Positions 38,709 through 47,338 of a stretch of DNA of 64,000 nt are shown here, one piece after another. Position numbers and translations under genes: made by a program. The stretch's first letter is position 1, and every line of letters begins with the position of its first letter. This stretch comes from Thermoplasmatota archaeon (GTDB taxonomy: Archaea > Thermoplasmatota > Poseidoniia > Poseidoniales > Thalassarchaeaceae). The stretch covers positions 907-64,906 of the forward strand of contig JAYZFV010000056.1 in NCBI GenBank assembly GCA_036336595.1, in the 5' to 3' direction. The notes under the pieces were generated by a model, which did no database searches, was not told the origin of the DNA, and worked only from the letters and a program-made list of their open reading frames with translations.

Positions 38709-39875
38709 ATGAATGAAGGAAAATACATCATACACGCAACTATTCGAGCAGAAGGCACCGTAGCCAGGAAAGACGTCGTCGGAGCCATCTTCGGCCAGAC
38801 CGAGGGACTCCTTGGAGAGGGCCTACAACTCAGGGACCTGCAACGAAAGGCGCGCATCGGACACGTCGATGTCAGCCTGAATAACAACAAAGGAAGGTCG
38901 CAGGGCCGAATCGCCCTCCCCTCGTCTTTGGACCAGGTGAGCACCGCCGTCATCGGCGCCGCTTTGGAGACAATAGACAGGGTCGGCAACAGCAAGGCCA
39001 CGATGCGGGTCACGCAGATCGAGAATATTCAATCGGCCAAGAGGGACCACATTATCGATCGCGCCAAGGAACTGCTCCTCGCTATCGTAAACTCGGGTAC
39101 TGACGAGTCGAGGAACATCCTCGACGAGGTCAAGGCTGTGCTCACTCTGGACACCGAGGTCGAATTCGCTGAGATGACAGCGGGTCCCAACGTCCAAGAG
39201 TCCGACTCGGTAATCATTGTCGAGGGGCGCAACGACGTCAGGAACCTGCTGAAGTACGGATTCAAGACCGCAATTGCGACCATGGGCTCAGGAATCAAGC
39301 CCGAACTGGTCGAGCTAGCCGCTAGCAAGAAGGTGGTAACCGCGTTCATGGACGGTGACAGGGGCGGCAGGCTCCTCCTCTTGGAGATCGAGGGCAAGCT
39401 CGGTAAGTCTCTGACCCACGTCGCGCTTGCACCACGGAGCCGCGAGGTCGAGCACCTCGAAGGCAAGGTGATCACGAAGTGCCTGAGCCAGAAAGAGACC
39501 GCCTCCAGGGCTGTCGCTAGAATCAAAACCGAGGAAGCAAAGTCCGACGATGCCTCGGTAGGCAAGGGCAAGGCCTCCTTGGAAGCGCCAGACGAGGTGA
39601 AGAAATGGTCCCCGTTCCTCGATGGACTCAAGCGAAACCAAGCCGTCATCGTCCTCGATGATGGCTCGGGCTCGGATCCTATTAGCCCAAAGAACCTCGA
39701 AGCAGCACTCAACAGTTCCGATGGCGCCCAAGGCATCGTGTTCTCAGGCAAGGTCACGAATAGGATTTTCGAGTTGGCTGCTGGCGCTGGCATCGCGAAT
39801 GTAGTCGGCAAAACCGTCGGACCAGAGTCTCTGAAACTTGGAGTTCAGGCATACTCCGCAAGCGACCTCAATTGA
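38709..39875 (+). CDS. dnaG: Archaeal DnaG (primase-like, exosome-associated)
   Basis: KYIIHA, DVVGAIFGQTEGLLG, LETIDRVG, TOPRIM IIVEGRNDV and FMDGDRGG. SD AGGAG before ATG 38709. Confidence 0.95.
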   Translation: MNEGKYIIHATIRAEGTVARKDVVGAIFGQTEGLLGEGLQLRDLQRKARIGHVDVSLNNNKGRSQGRIALPSSLDQVSTAVIGAALETIDRVGNSKATMRVTQIENIQSAKRDHIIDRAKELLLAIVNSGTDESRNILDEVKAVLTLDTEVEFAEMTAGPNVQESDSVIIVEGRNDVRNLLKYGFKTAIATMGSGIKPELVELAASKKVVTAFMDGDRGGRLLLLEIEGKLGKSLTHVALAPRSREVEHLEGKVITKCLSQKETASRAVARIKTEEAKSDDASVGKGKASLEAPDEVKKWSPFLDGLKRNQAVIVLDDGSGSDPISPKNLEAALNSSDGAQGIVFSGKVTNRIFELAAGAGIANVVGKTVGPESLKLGVQAYSASDLN

Positions 39876-39983
39876 GTGACGTAGCCCCTTGTTTGCTGGC
39901 AGGGCATAGCCCTGCCAATAATCGACCCCTCCCGATGGGTGTTAGCAGAAGCCATCAAAAGTCCTTCATGCCCGCTGGGGCCG

Positions 39984-42281
39984 ATGCAAGGCACAACGAT
40001 GGCCATTCTCACAATGTACGGGGTCTTGGGCGTGGCCTTGTTCGCCCTCTGGCTAAAGCACAAGTCAGTACTGAGGCAGAGGGAGAGGATGAGAGACAAG
40101 CTGGGATCAGTGGAAGGAAACTTGAACGAGACCTCGCAGAGGTTGGACCTCCTCTCCAGAGGGGTTGATACGATTCTCTCCGGCACTCCCCAAGTCCATG
40201 GATTGCTTGGAGTCCACCGTTCTCTGGAATCTGCTGAGGGCCTCCTCTTCAATCAAGGCATCCCAATCAGCAACAGCGAGTCTTGCGCAATCGCCAGCCA
40301 TGCTGCCAAGGCCGTGCTCAAACACCACCCAGGGAGGGGCCCCGATGACGATGCGCCCCCTATTCCCGGCCTCCACCCTCTCTCGGAAAGGCTAGCCGCC
40401 ATGCTAAGCGAGGCCGAAATGAAGGCTGAGGACATCGAACTCACCGCTGGTGAGCACAGGAGGCTAGGCGAGTTGTTTCACGCAGTTGACAGGACCGATT
40501 GGGCCGCAGACTGTTTTCACAGAGCCAACGAACTCGATCCCGAGGACGAGTCTACCCTGCGGTCCCTCTCGGAAATCCTACGTCAGAAGGGAGATCTGGA
40601 AGCACTCGACAGGAGTCTCGAGAGGCTCCTTTCGATCACTCCTGATGATGTGGGGATTCTCAAGGAGCAGGCGCTCCTGCTGGAAGGCTCGGATCCATCG
40701 AGGGTGATTAGGAACCGCAAACGACTCGAGGCATTGGGAAACGATTCCCCATTTTCCGAAGAGGCATTGGAGCTCACCGACATCGCAAAGCGCGCCCGAG
40801 GCGCCCACCAAGGCGTCCAACCTGGACTTTTGCAATCAGAGAACGCCGCCGACCTCGTGGAACGCGCAGCCAAACAGCTTCTCCTGGGCGAAGTCAGCGT
40901 CGCCCTCGAATCCATCGAGTTAGCCTTGGAAATCGATGCTAAGAAAGGCCCAGCATGGCTCCTGAAGGCACGCCTCCTAGCAGCGGGTGAGGGCAATACC
41001 AAAGCCGCTCTGAGGAGCATACGCCGGGCAAGTGCGCTCGGCGAGTATACGGTGATGCTAGAGTCGGAGATTCTAGAGAACGACGGTAGAACCGACGCCG
41101 CTATCCAAGTCCTGGAGGAATACTTAGAGAAAACGCCATCTGACCCTGAGGTTCGAGGCAAGCTCAGTCTACTGTGGTTGAGGAACGGCTCTCAGGACTC
41201 CTCTCGCAGAGTCCTCGACGAGGCTCCCGAGGAGGCTTGGGACAGCGCACCTCTCCACATCATGAGGGGTAGACTGCATCTAGTCGATGCCGACGAACAC
41301 AGGGACAACTCTGGAAAGCACGAGCAGATGCTCCTAGTTGACGCTCTTGTCGCCTTTGACAAAGCCATAGAGCACGATCGCGAATCGGGGCTCGCCTGGC
41401 TCGGCCGTGCTCGCGCCCTCAGATACCAAGGTACCTACAATGAGGCGGAGGTCGCGCTTGTGCGCGCACGCAGGCTTATCCCAGAACATCCTTCGATTCC
41501 TCTCGAAGAGGCTCAGCTCTCTCTCGATACCAATAATCTGGAACAGGCCAACGCCCTTGCTATCGAAGCTACAACGCATCTCAAGAGCAACCCTACTGTG
41601 CCTTTCATCCGCGGTATCATCGCTGCCCGACTAGGTCGCCTCGAAGAGGCAAGGAATTTCTTCTCGAGCACCTTGGAAATCGACCCAGACCACGTTCGCG
41701 CTAGGCTGAACCGCTGTTCGGCCGCACTACTCTGCGAGGATCTCTCTCAGGCACTCGATGACGCGGACCACTTGGTGAACGCCCGTCCTGAACACGAGCT
41801 GGCACGATTGAGACGTTCCGAGATTCTGATGAACCACGGTGACTGGTCCGAGGCGGAAACCGAACTCAGAAATCTCCTCAAGCGAAACTCGGAGCACAGC
41901 ATGGCCCTTGTGCATCTAGGGACGTGCATGATTGCCACAGGCAAGTCCGAGCAGGCAGAACGCCCGCTGAACAAAGCGATTGGTATCGACCCTAACCTCT
42001 CAGAAGCTTGGTACCAGCGCGGCCTCCTGTACCTTGACTTCGGACGCGTCGATGAGGCAATGTCAGATTTCGAGGGGGCGGCGAGAACCGATCCCCACCA
42101 TATCGATGCCAGACTGAGGATTGCTGCGATACTTCACGAGGGCGAGGATTTTGACAAGGCGGTCGCTGCGTGGAGGCAGGTCCTAGACATCGAGCCCCAG
42201 CACAGATTAGCTCGGCGACGGCTGGCAGAGTGCCGTGACCTCATGGCAGCAAGGCGCGCATCCCTCCCTCCAAAGGATTGA
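39984..42281 (+). CDS. Membrane-anchored tetratricopeptide-repeat protein
   Basis: N-terminal TM + coiled coil, then many TPRs (e.g. AWYQRGLLYLDFGRVDEAMSDFEGA). Start uncertain. Confidence 0.8.
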   Translation: MQGTTMAILTMYGVLGVALFALWLKHKSVLRQRERMRDKLGSVEGNLNETSQRLDLLSRGVDTILSGTPQVHGLLGVHRSLESAEGLLFNQGIPISNSESCAIASHAAKAVLKHHPGRGPDDDAPPIPGLHPLSERLAAMLSEAEMKAEDIELTAGEHRRLGELFHAVDRTDWAADCFHRANELDPEDESTLRSLSEILRQKGDLEALDRSLERLLSITPDDVGILKEQALLLEGSDPSRVIRNRKRLEALGNDSPFSEEALELTDIAKRARGAHQGVQPGLLQSENAADLVERAAKQLLLGEVSVALESIELALEIDAKKGPAWLLKARLLAAGEGNTKAALRSIRRASALGEYTVMLESEILENDGRTDAAIQVLEEYLEKTPSDPEVRGKLSLLWLRNGSQDSSRRVLDEAPEEAWDSAPLHIMRGRLHLVDADEHRDNSGKHEQMLLVDALVAFDKAIEHDRESGLAWLGRARALRYQGTYNEAEVALVRARRLIPEHPSIPLEEAQLSLDTNNLEQANALAIEATTHLKSNPTVPFIRGIIAARLGRLEEARNFFSSTLEIDPDHVRARLNRCSAALLCEDLSQALDDADHLVNARPEHELARLRRSEILMNHGDWSEAETELRNLLKRNSEHSMALVHLGTCMIATGKSEQAERPLNKAIGIDPNLSEAWYQRGLLYLDFGRVDEAMSDFEGAARTDPHHIDARLRIAAILHEGEDFDKAVAAWRQVLDIEPQHRLARRRLAECRDLMAARRASLPPKD

Positions 42282-42306
42282 ACAGCACTCACACCGCCCC
42301 AACTGC

Positions 42307-42861
42307 ATGGCTATGCGACCAGACGTTGAACCAGGTGATTACGCACCAGACTTCGAGCTCCCGAACGCCAATTCCAAGGTCGGCGCCGGGAGCATGGCTC
42401 TATCGGATGTGATGGGCGAGAACGGTGCCGTCGTCGTCTTCACCTGCAACCACTGTCCCTATGTCGTCGGCTCCGAACCACGAATCGAGGCCATTGCAGA
42501 GCGGGCGCGACAGGGTGGGCTGGGGTTCGCCGGAATCAATGCTAACGATCCAGTGAATTACGAATCTGATTCTTGGGAACACATGACCAAGCGCGCTGGT
42601 AGGGGGATGACATATCCCTACCTACATGACGCCTCTCAAGACATAGCGGCCGCGTACGGTGCCGAAAGGACCCCCGAGTTCTACCTCATGGACTCGACCG
42701 GCCTTGTATCATATCGCGGTAGGATGGATGATTCTCCGAGAGACCCCTCCCATGCAACGACTTCGGAGCTCGCTGATGCAATTGACGAGATGCTGTCCGG
42801 AGTAGGGGTTACAGTCCCCAGGACAGATAGCATCGGATGCTCGGTCAAGTGGAAGATTTAG
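42307..42861 (+). CDS. Thioredoxin-family (AhpC/TSA-like) protein
   Basis: APDFELP, FTCNHCPYV, YGAERTPEF, YRGRMDD, GCSVKW. Confidence 0.9.
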   Translation: MAMRPDVEPGDYAPDFELPNANSKVGAGSMALSDVMGENGAVVVFTCNHCPYVVGSEPRIEAIAERARQGGLGFAGINANDPVNYESDSWEHMTKRAGRGMTYPYLHDASQDIAAAYGAERTPEFYLMDSTGLVSYRGRMDDSPRDPSHATTSELADAIDEMLSGVGVTVPRTDSIGCSVKWKI

Positions 42862-42969
42862 GTGCTCCCGCGGGCGCGGGAATGCCCGCCCTATCAAAGG
42901 CACAGGATTCCAATGCTGCTAACAGCGAGACAAGATTATACAGGGGTGACGCTGGTTTAACGTACGTCA

Positions 42970-43677
42970 ATGATTGTTTCACATAAGAACCGGTTCATCT
43001 TCATCAAAACGAGGAAGACTGCTGGAACAAGCATCGAGATAGCCCTTGCTAAATTCTGCGGTCCCGACGACATCATCACCAGACTATCTGCCTCGGAAGA
43101 GCAGAATAAATTTGACCTTGGATACAGAGGTTCGCAAAACACGCGTATTCCATTGAATCAGTATAGGAAGTGGGACCTATGGTTCTGGTTGCGCGGTGGC
43201 GGCCCTGCGCACCATTTCAACCATACGTCCGCCTCTCTGATCAAAAGGAGAATGGACTCAGAGTCCTTCAGAGAGTACTGCAAATTCTGTGTGGTTCGTA
43301 ACCCATGGGATAGGGCAGTGTCCATTTACTATTGGAGGAAATACAGGGCCAAGGAAGCACTACCTGAGAACGTCAATTTTACCGAGTTTCTTTCTAGTTC
43401 ACCAACCGAGGTCCTCACTAATAGCGGACTCTATCTAGTTGATGGTGAACCGGCAATAGATCGGTTCATCAAGTTCGAGAATCTTGAGATGGAACTTGCT
43501 GAGATCCTCGAGGAAATGGGTTTGGAAATGGTGGAACTTCCGCATGCCAAAGGGAACACTCGTAAGACCAAAGAACATTACTCAATCATGTTCGACAACG
43601 ACTCGATTGACCTCATTGCTCGTATTTGCAATTGGGAGATCGAGTATTTCGGGTATGAGTTTGAGGATTTGAGGTGA
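42970..43677 (+). CDS. Sulfotransferase family 2 protein
   Basis: FIFIKTRKTAGTS, VRNPWDRAVSIYYW. More AT-rich than its flanks. Confidence 0.85.
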   Translation: MIVSHKNRFIFIKTRKTAGTSIEIALAKFCGPDDIITRLSASEEQNKFDLGYRGSQNTRIPLNQYRKWDLWFWLRGGGPAHHFNHTSASLIKRRMDSESFREYCKFCVVRNPWDRAVSIYYWRKYRAKEALPENVNFTEFLSSSPTEVLTNSGLYLVDGEPAIDRFIKFENLEMELAEILEEMGLEMVELPHAKGNTRKTKEHYSIMFDNDSIDLIARICNWEIEYFGYEFEDLR

Positions 43678-43691
43678 CATCACACCGCAGA

Positions 43692-44114
43692 TTAGTACTG
43701 CTCAAGGACTAGTTCGGTCTGCGTCGAACTGATGTCGCCTGGAGCCGCCAACCACATCTTGTCAAGCATGTCCCGAAGTGCCACTGTGTCATCAACATGT
43801 ACGACAGCCACTAGGTCCGCATCACCACTGATCTCGAAAACGCATTCGACGCCAGACCAGCCGGCGAACTCCCCAGCGAGAGTTCCAATCTCAGTGCCCG
43901 GCCCCACCTTCAAGCGAATGAGCGCAGTAAGCCCGATCCCAGCTTCTCGCACAGTGTAGCCGCGGATGACGCCCTCCTCCTCCATACGGCGCATTCGAGT
44001 TCTGACGGTCCTTTCAGTGACACCGACCTTCTTGGCGATATCAACATAGGCCGCCCTCGCAGAGTCCCTCAGCACCGAAAGAATCGCCCTATCTAACGTG
44101 TCTACGCTCATCAT
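43692..44114 (-). CDS. Lrp/AsnC-family transcriptional regulator
   Basis: DTLDRAIL...HTH...RMRRMEEEGVIRGYT, RAM domain ISGDADL. Confidence 0.92.
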   Translation of the reverse strand: MMSVDTLDRAILSVLRDSARAAYVDIAKKVGVTERTVRTRMRRMEEEGVIRGYTVREAGIGLTALIRLKVGPGTEIGTLAGEFAGWSGVECVFEISGDADLVAVVHVDDTVALRDMLDKMWLAAPGDISSTQTELVLEQY

Positions 44115-44258
44115 GATTTCCGCCGAAAAACGGATAATTTATCTATGTTTCCTGCAATATTAAAGAATTACCTTGGCTGAACCTTTCCACTTTTCAACCA
44201 AGCCCTTTCTCCGCTTTCGCTGGTTGTATTCAAATGGGACGGCCTTAATTGACCGGGC

Positions 44259-44693
44259 ATGAGTCAGGAGGAGGCGATGTCCCACCTCAGGATTCAAGAG
44301 TACTTGGATGACGTTTCCGGACTCGACATCCCCCACTCGTACTCGCAGTGGTACAACGTCGATGTCGCCTCCCTGCTGAACGGATCTAGAATCATGGGCC
44401 ATGAGTTGGATCCAGACTCCGGATCCTCCCTAATTTTCCTCCAGCGAAGCGCGATGCTCTGCTGCCCAGAATCGGGCAGGATCCACCACTACCCCAAACA
44501 CCTTCTCCATTGTTTCGTCGATGACAACCGTGCGAAGTGTCAGGAAGCGGATGGGGTTCTCCTGCGCGCAGAACTGTTCTCCATCTCACCCACCGGGGAG
44601 CAACTATGCTGGGAGTGCTGCTGCAGATCCGAGCTAGAGGTACCCGAAGCCCAGAGCAGGGTAGCTCGCTGGCTGAGTTGGCTGAACACATAG
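44259..44693 (+). CDS. Cys-rich hypothetical protein
   Basis: 144-aa ORF with CC and CWECCC. Divergent from the Lrp gene. Confidence 0.6.
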   Translation: MSQEEAMSHLRIQEYLDDVSGLDIPHSYSQWYNVDVASLLNGSRIMGHELDPDSGSSLIFLQRSAMLCCPESGRIHHYPKHLLHCFVDDNRAKCQEADGVLLRAELFSISPTGEQLCWECCCRSELEVPEAQSRVARWLSWLNT

Positions 44694-44740
44694 TGCCGCA
44701 TTGCGCTACCTTGAGAAGCCTCGGACCGGTCGCTGCACCA

Positions 44741-45982
44741 ATGAGCGGCGCTGTCAGCGACCTCTCCGCACGGATGATTCTGGACTCGCGTGGCAACCCG
44801 ACCATCGAGGTCGATTGCTGTGTGGGTGGGTTACTGCGTGGTCGCGCAGTGGTTCCTTCCGGTGCCAGCGTTGGCACCCACGAGGCTTTGGAATTGAGAG
44901 ATGGTGGCACTGTTTGGGCCGGCAAGGGAGTCGATGGCGCCGTATCCCACGTCAACGGTGAAATCCGCGACGCCCTAGTTGGCATGGACGTGGCCGATCA
45001 GAGAGCAATAGACACCGTACTGATTGAACTGGATGGCACTGCCAACAAAGCGCGCCTCGGCGCTAACGCGATTCTAGGGGCTTCTATGGCATGCATGAGG
45101 GCAGCAGCTGAAGGCTCCTTGTGGCATCACATCGCGGGTAGCGGCCCCAGCAGCATGCCGGTACCTCAAATGAATATCCTCAACGGAGGCGCCCATGCGA
45201 CTTCGAACGTCGATGTCCAGGAGTTCATGGTCGTGCCTCACGGCTTCGACAACTTCCCAGAGGCTCTGCGCTCCGGCGTGGAGACCTACCACGCGCTGAA
45301 ATCGGTTCTCAAGGAGGAGGGTCTGCTCGGTGGTGTTGGCGACGAGGGAGGCTTCGCACCCAATCTCTCGCGTAACGAGGATGGCCTTAGATACGTACTC
45401 GACGCCATAGAACGCGCTGGCTATGCCCCAGGGAATCAGATTTCCATAGCTCTAGACGTAGCGGCCCAAGAGTTCTGCCAAGGAGACGGATACCACATGG
45501 ACGGGCAAGTCCTCTCCGGAACAGAGTTAGGGGATTTATACTCAGAGTGGCTTGACTCGTACCCCATAGTCTCGATCGAGGATCCATTCGGGGAGGACGA
45601 CTGGGAGTCTTGGACAGAGTTCACTGTGCGTGAGGGCCGACGTGTGCAGATTGTGGGGGATGACCTGTATGCCACCAACCCCGGCCGCCTACTGAGGGGA
45701 ATCGACTTGTGTGCGACCAATGCAATCCTCGTCAAACTCAACCAGATAGGCACTGTGACCGAGACAATCGAGGTCATCCGCATGGCGAGAGACGCAGGCT
45801 TTGGGACCGTCATCAGTCACCGCTCAGGCGAGACCTCTGACGATGTAATAGCGGATCTAGCAGTGGGAACCGATGCAGGCCAAATCAAGACAGGGGCACC
45901 GGCTAGGAGCGATAGGACAGCCAAGTACAACCAGCTGCTTCGCATTGCCGAGCAGATTGACGTCTACACCGACCTATTCTAG
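44741..45982 (+). CDS. eno: Enolase
   Basis: ILDSRGNPT, VPSGASVG, GDEGGFAP, SIEDPF, VGDDL, KLNQIG, SHRSGET, GQIKTG. Confidence 0.97.
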   Translation: MSGAVSDLSARMILDSRGNPTIEVDCCVGGLLRGRAVVPSGASVGTHEALELRDGGTVWAGKGVDGAVSHVNGEIRDALVGMDVADQRAIDTVLIELDGTANKARLGANAILGASMACMRAAAEGSLWHHIAGSGPSSMPVPQMNILNGGAHATSNVDVQEFMVVPHGFDNFPEALRSGVETYHALKSVLKEEGLLGGVGDEGGFAPNLSRNEDGLRYVLDAIERAGYAPGNQISIALDVAAQEFCQGDGYHMDGQVLSGTELGDLYSEWLDSYPIVSIEDPFGEDDWESWTEFTVREGRRVQIVGDDLYATNPGRLLRGIDLCATNAILVKLNQIGTVTETIEVIRMARDAGFGTVISHRSGETSDDVIADLAVGTDAGQIKTGAPARSDRTAKYNQLLRIAEQIDVYTDLF

Positions 45983-46918
45983 TGTGGAGAGCAGTAGCGG
46001 AAGCACGATAGTGGCATCCGACTCGATTACGAAGCGCGGTGTGTCGACATCTATCTTGCCCCAACTAATCTTCTCGTTCGGGGGCGCGCCAGAGTAGCCC
46101 CCGTAGGAAGGACGTGACTCGCTGATTTGAGCAAACCACGACCACAACGACACGTCTACTTTAGCGTCATTCCTAAGCATCGGAACAACTGAGATGGCAA
46201 AGTCACCGGCGATCCCCCCACCAACCTGGAGAATGCCCGTCGGAGAGTCATCCTCACGGTACCAGTCGGCCAGTGCTTGCATCGCTTGCAGCCCGCTTTT
46301 GACAATGTCAGGGCCTTTGAGCGAGCAGTCTAGAACACGGGCAGCCAGTAGGCTACCCAAGGTGGAGTCCTCCCAACCTGGAGTAAAGATGGGAAGGTTG
46401 GCGTCTGCGGCCGCCATCAGCCAAGAGAAATCGTGATTTGAGCCAAACTCCAGGTCACCGTGCAGCAACAAATCGTAGAGGTACTCATGGGGGAATCGCC
46501 TGTCCCCAACCGCTTCAGCCTCTTCCCAGAGTTCCATCAAAGGCTTCTCGATAGAACTGATTACCGCTTCTGGAATAGCCACATCGGTTACCCTGTTCAT
46601 GCCTTTATCCCTAAGTGCGGCATCGTCATCAGCGCTCATTTCCCTCCACTCAGGCAAGGCTTCGTATGTAGAGCGAGCAACCAGGCTGAACAGGTCCTCC
46701 TCTAGATTGGCTCCCGTGCAGCAGATAGCGTGGACCCTGTGTTCCCGGATGGCCGGACCTAAGCTGCGTCCGATTTCGGCGGTCGACATGGCGCCGCCCA
46801 GAGCGATCATCAGGCGACCACCTTGATCGAGGAACCCATGCAATGACTCCGCGCAACGAGCGAGCTCCCCGGCGTTGAAGTGTTTGTAGTGCTCCTCGAC
46901 GAATTCCCTTACACCCAA
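45974..46918 (-). CDS. Deoxyhypusine synthase-like protein (non-canonical, bacterial-like clade)
   Basis: HFNA, GAMSTAE, CTGANLEED, SYGGYSGAPPNEKISWGK, ESDATIV. TTG start with GGAGGGGTGA SD. Confidence 0.88.
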   Translation of the reverse strand: MGVREFVEEHYKHFNAGELARCAESLHGFLDQGGRLMIALGGAMSTAEIGRSLGPAIREHRVHAICCTGANLEEDLFSLVARSTYEALPEWREMSADDDAALRDKGMNRVTDVAIPEAVISSIEKPLMELWEEAEAVGDRRFPHEYLYDLLLHGDLEFGSNHDFSWLMAAADANLPIFTPGWEDSTLGSLLAARVLDCSLKGPDIVKSGLQAMQALADWYREDDSPTGILQVGGGIAGDFAISVVPMLRNDAKVDVSLWSWFAQISESRPSYGGYSGAPPNEKISWGKIDVDTPRFVIESDATIVLPLLLSTLE

Positions 46919-46922
46919 TCTT

Positions 46923-47306
46923 TCACCCCTCCAAGAATCGCTCGACACGCTTACGATTTATCAGCCTGAGTCCCGGTATTCCAGTGCCCAAAGATGTGTG
47001 GATAGAATCAGCGATGGGTTCCGGGTTGTCCCCACCGCAGGTGAAAACGTCAATTGCAAGCAGTCCCCGTTCGGAGTAGCAGTGCGCGCTGACATGACTC
47101 TCGTCAATCAGTACGATTGCGGCGAAGCCGGGTGGGCTGATTCCTCCATCGAAAGACTCGACGTGAGAGTGAACCTCTCTAACCCCAGCTTCATGCACGC
47201 TCTTTCTCAAGACTTGAAGCACCCAAGCATCGTCATCTTCGACAGGAGGCGAGTAGCCGACGTAGTCCATGAGGACGTGTGCGCCCAGTGATTCGGTCCC
47301 ACCCAT
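46923..47306 (-). CDS. speD: Pyruvoyl-dependent decarboxylase of the AdoMetDC (SpeD) family
   Basis: GAHVLMD, ESH cleavage site, DVFTCG. Substrate uncertain. Confidence 0.82.
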   Translation of the reverse strand: MGGTESLGAHVLMDYVGYSPPVEDDDAWVLQVLRKSVHEAGVREVHSHVESFDGGISPPGFAAIVLIDESHVSAHCYSERGLLAIDVFTCGGDNPEPIADSIHTSLGTGIPGLRLINRKRVERFLEG

Positions 47307-47338
47307 ACAGGGACTGTCCCATTGCACTGATTTCAAAG

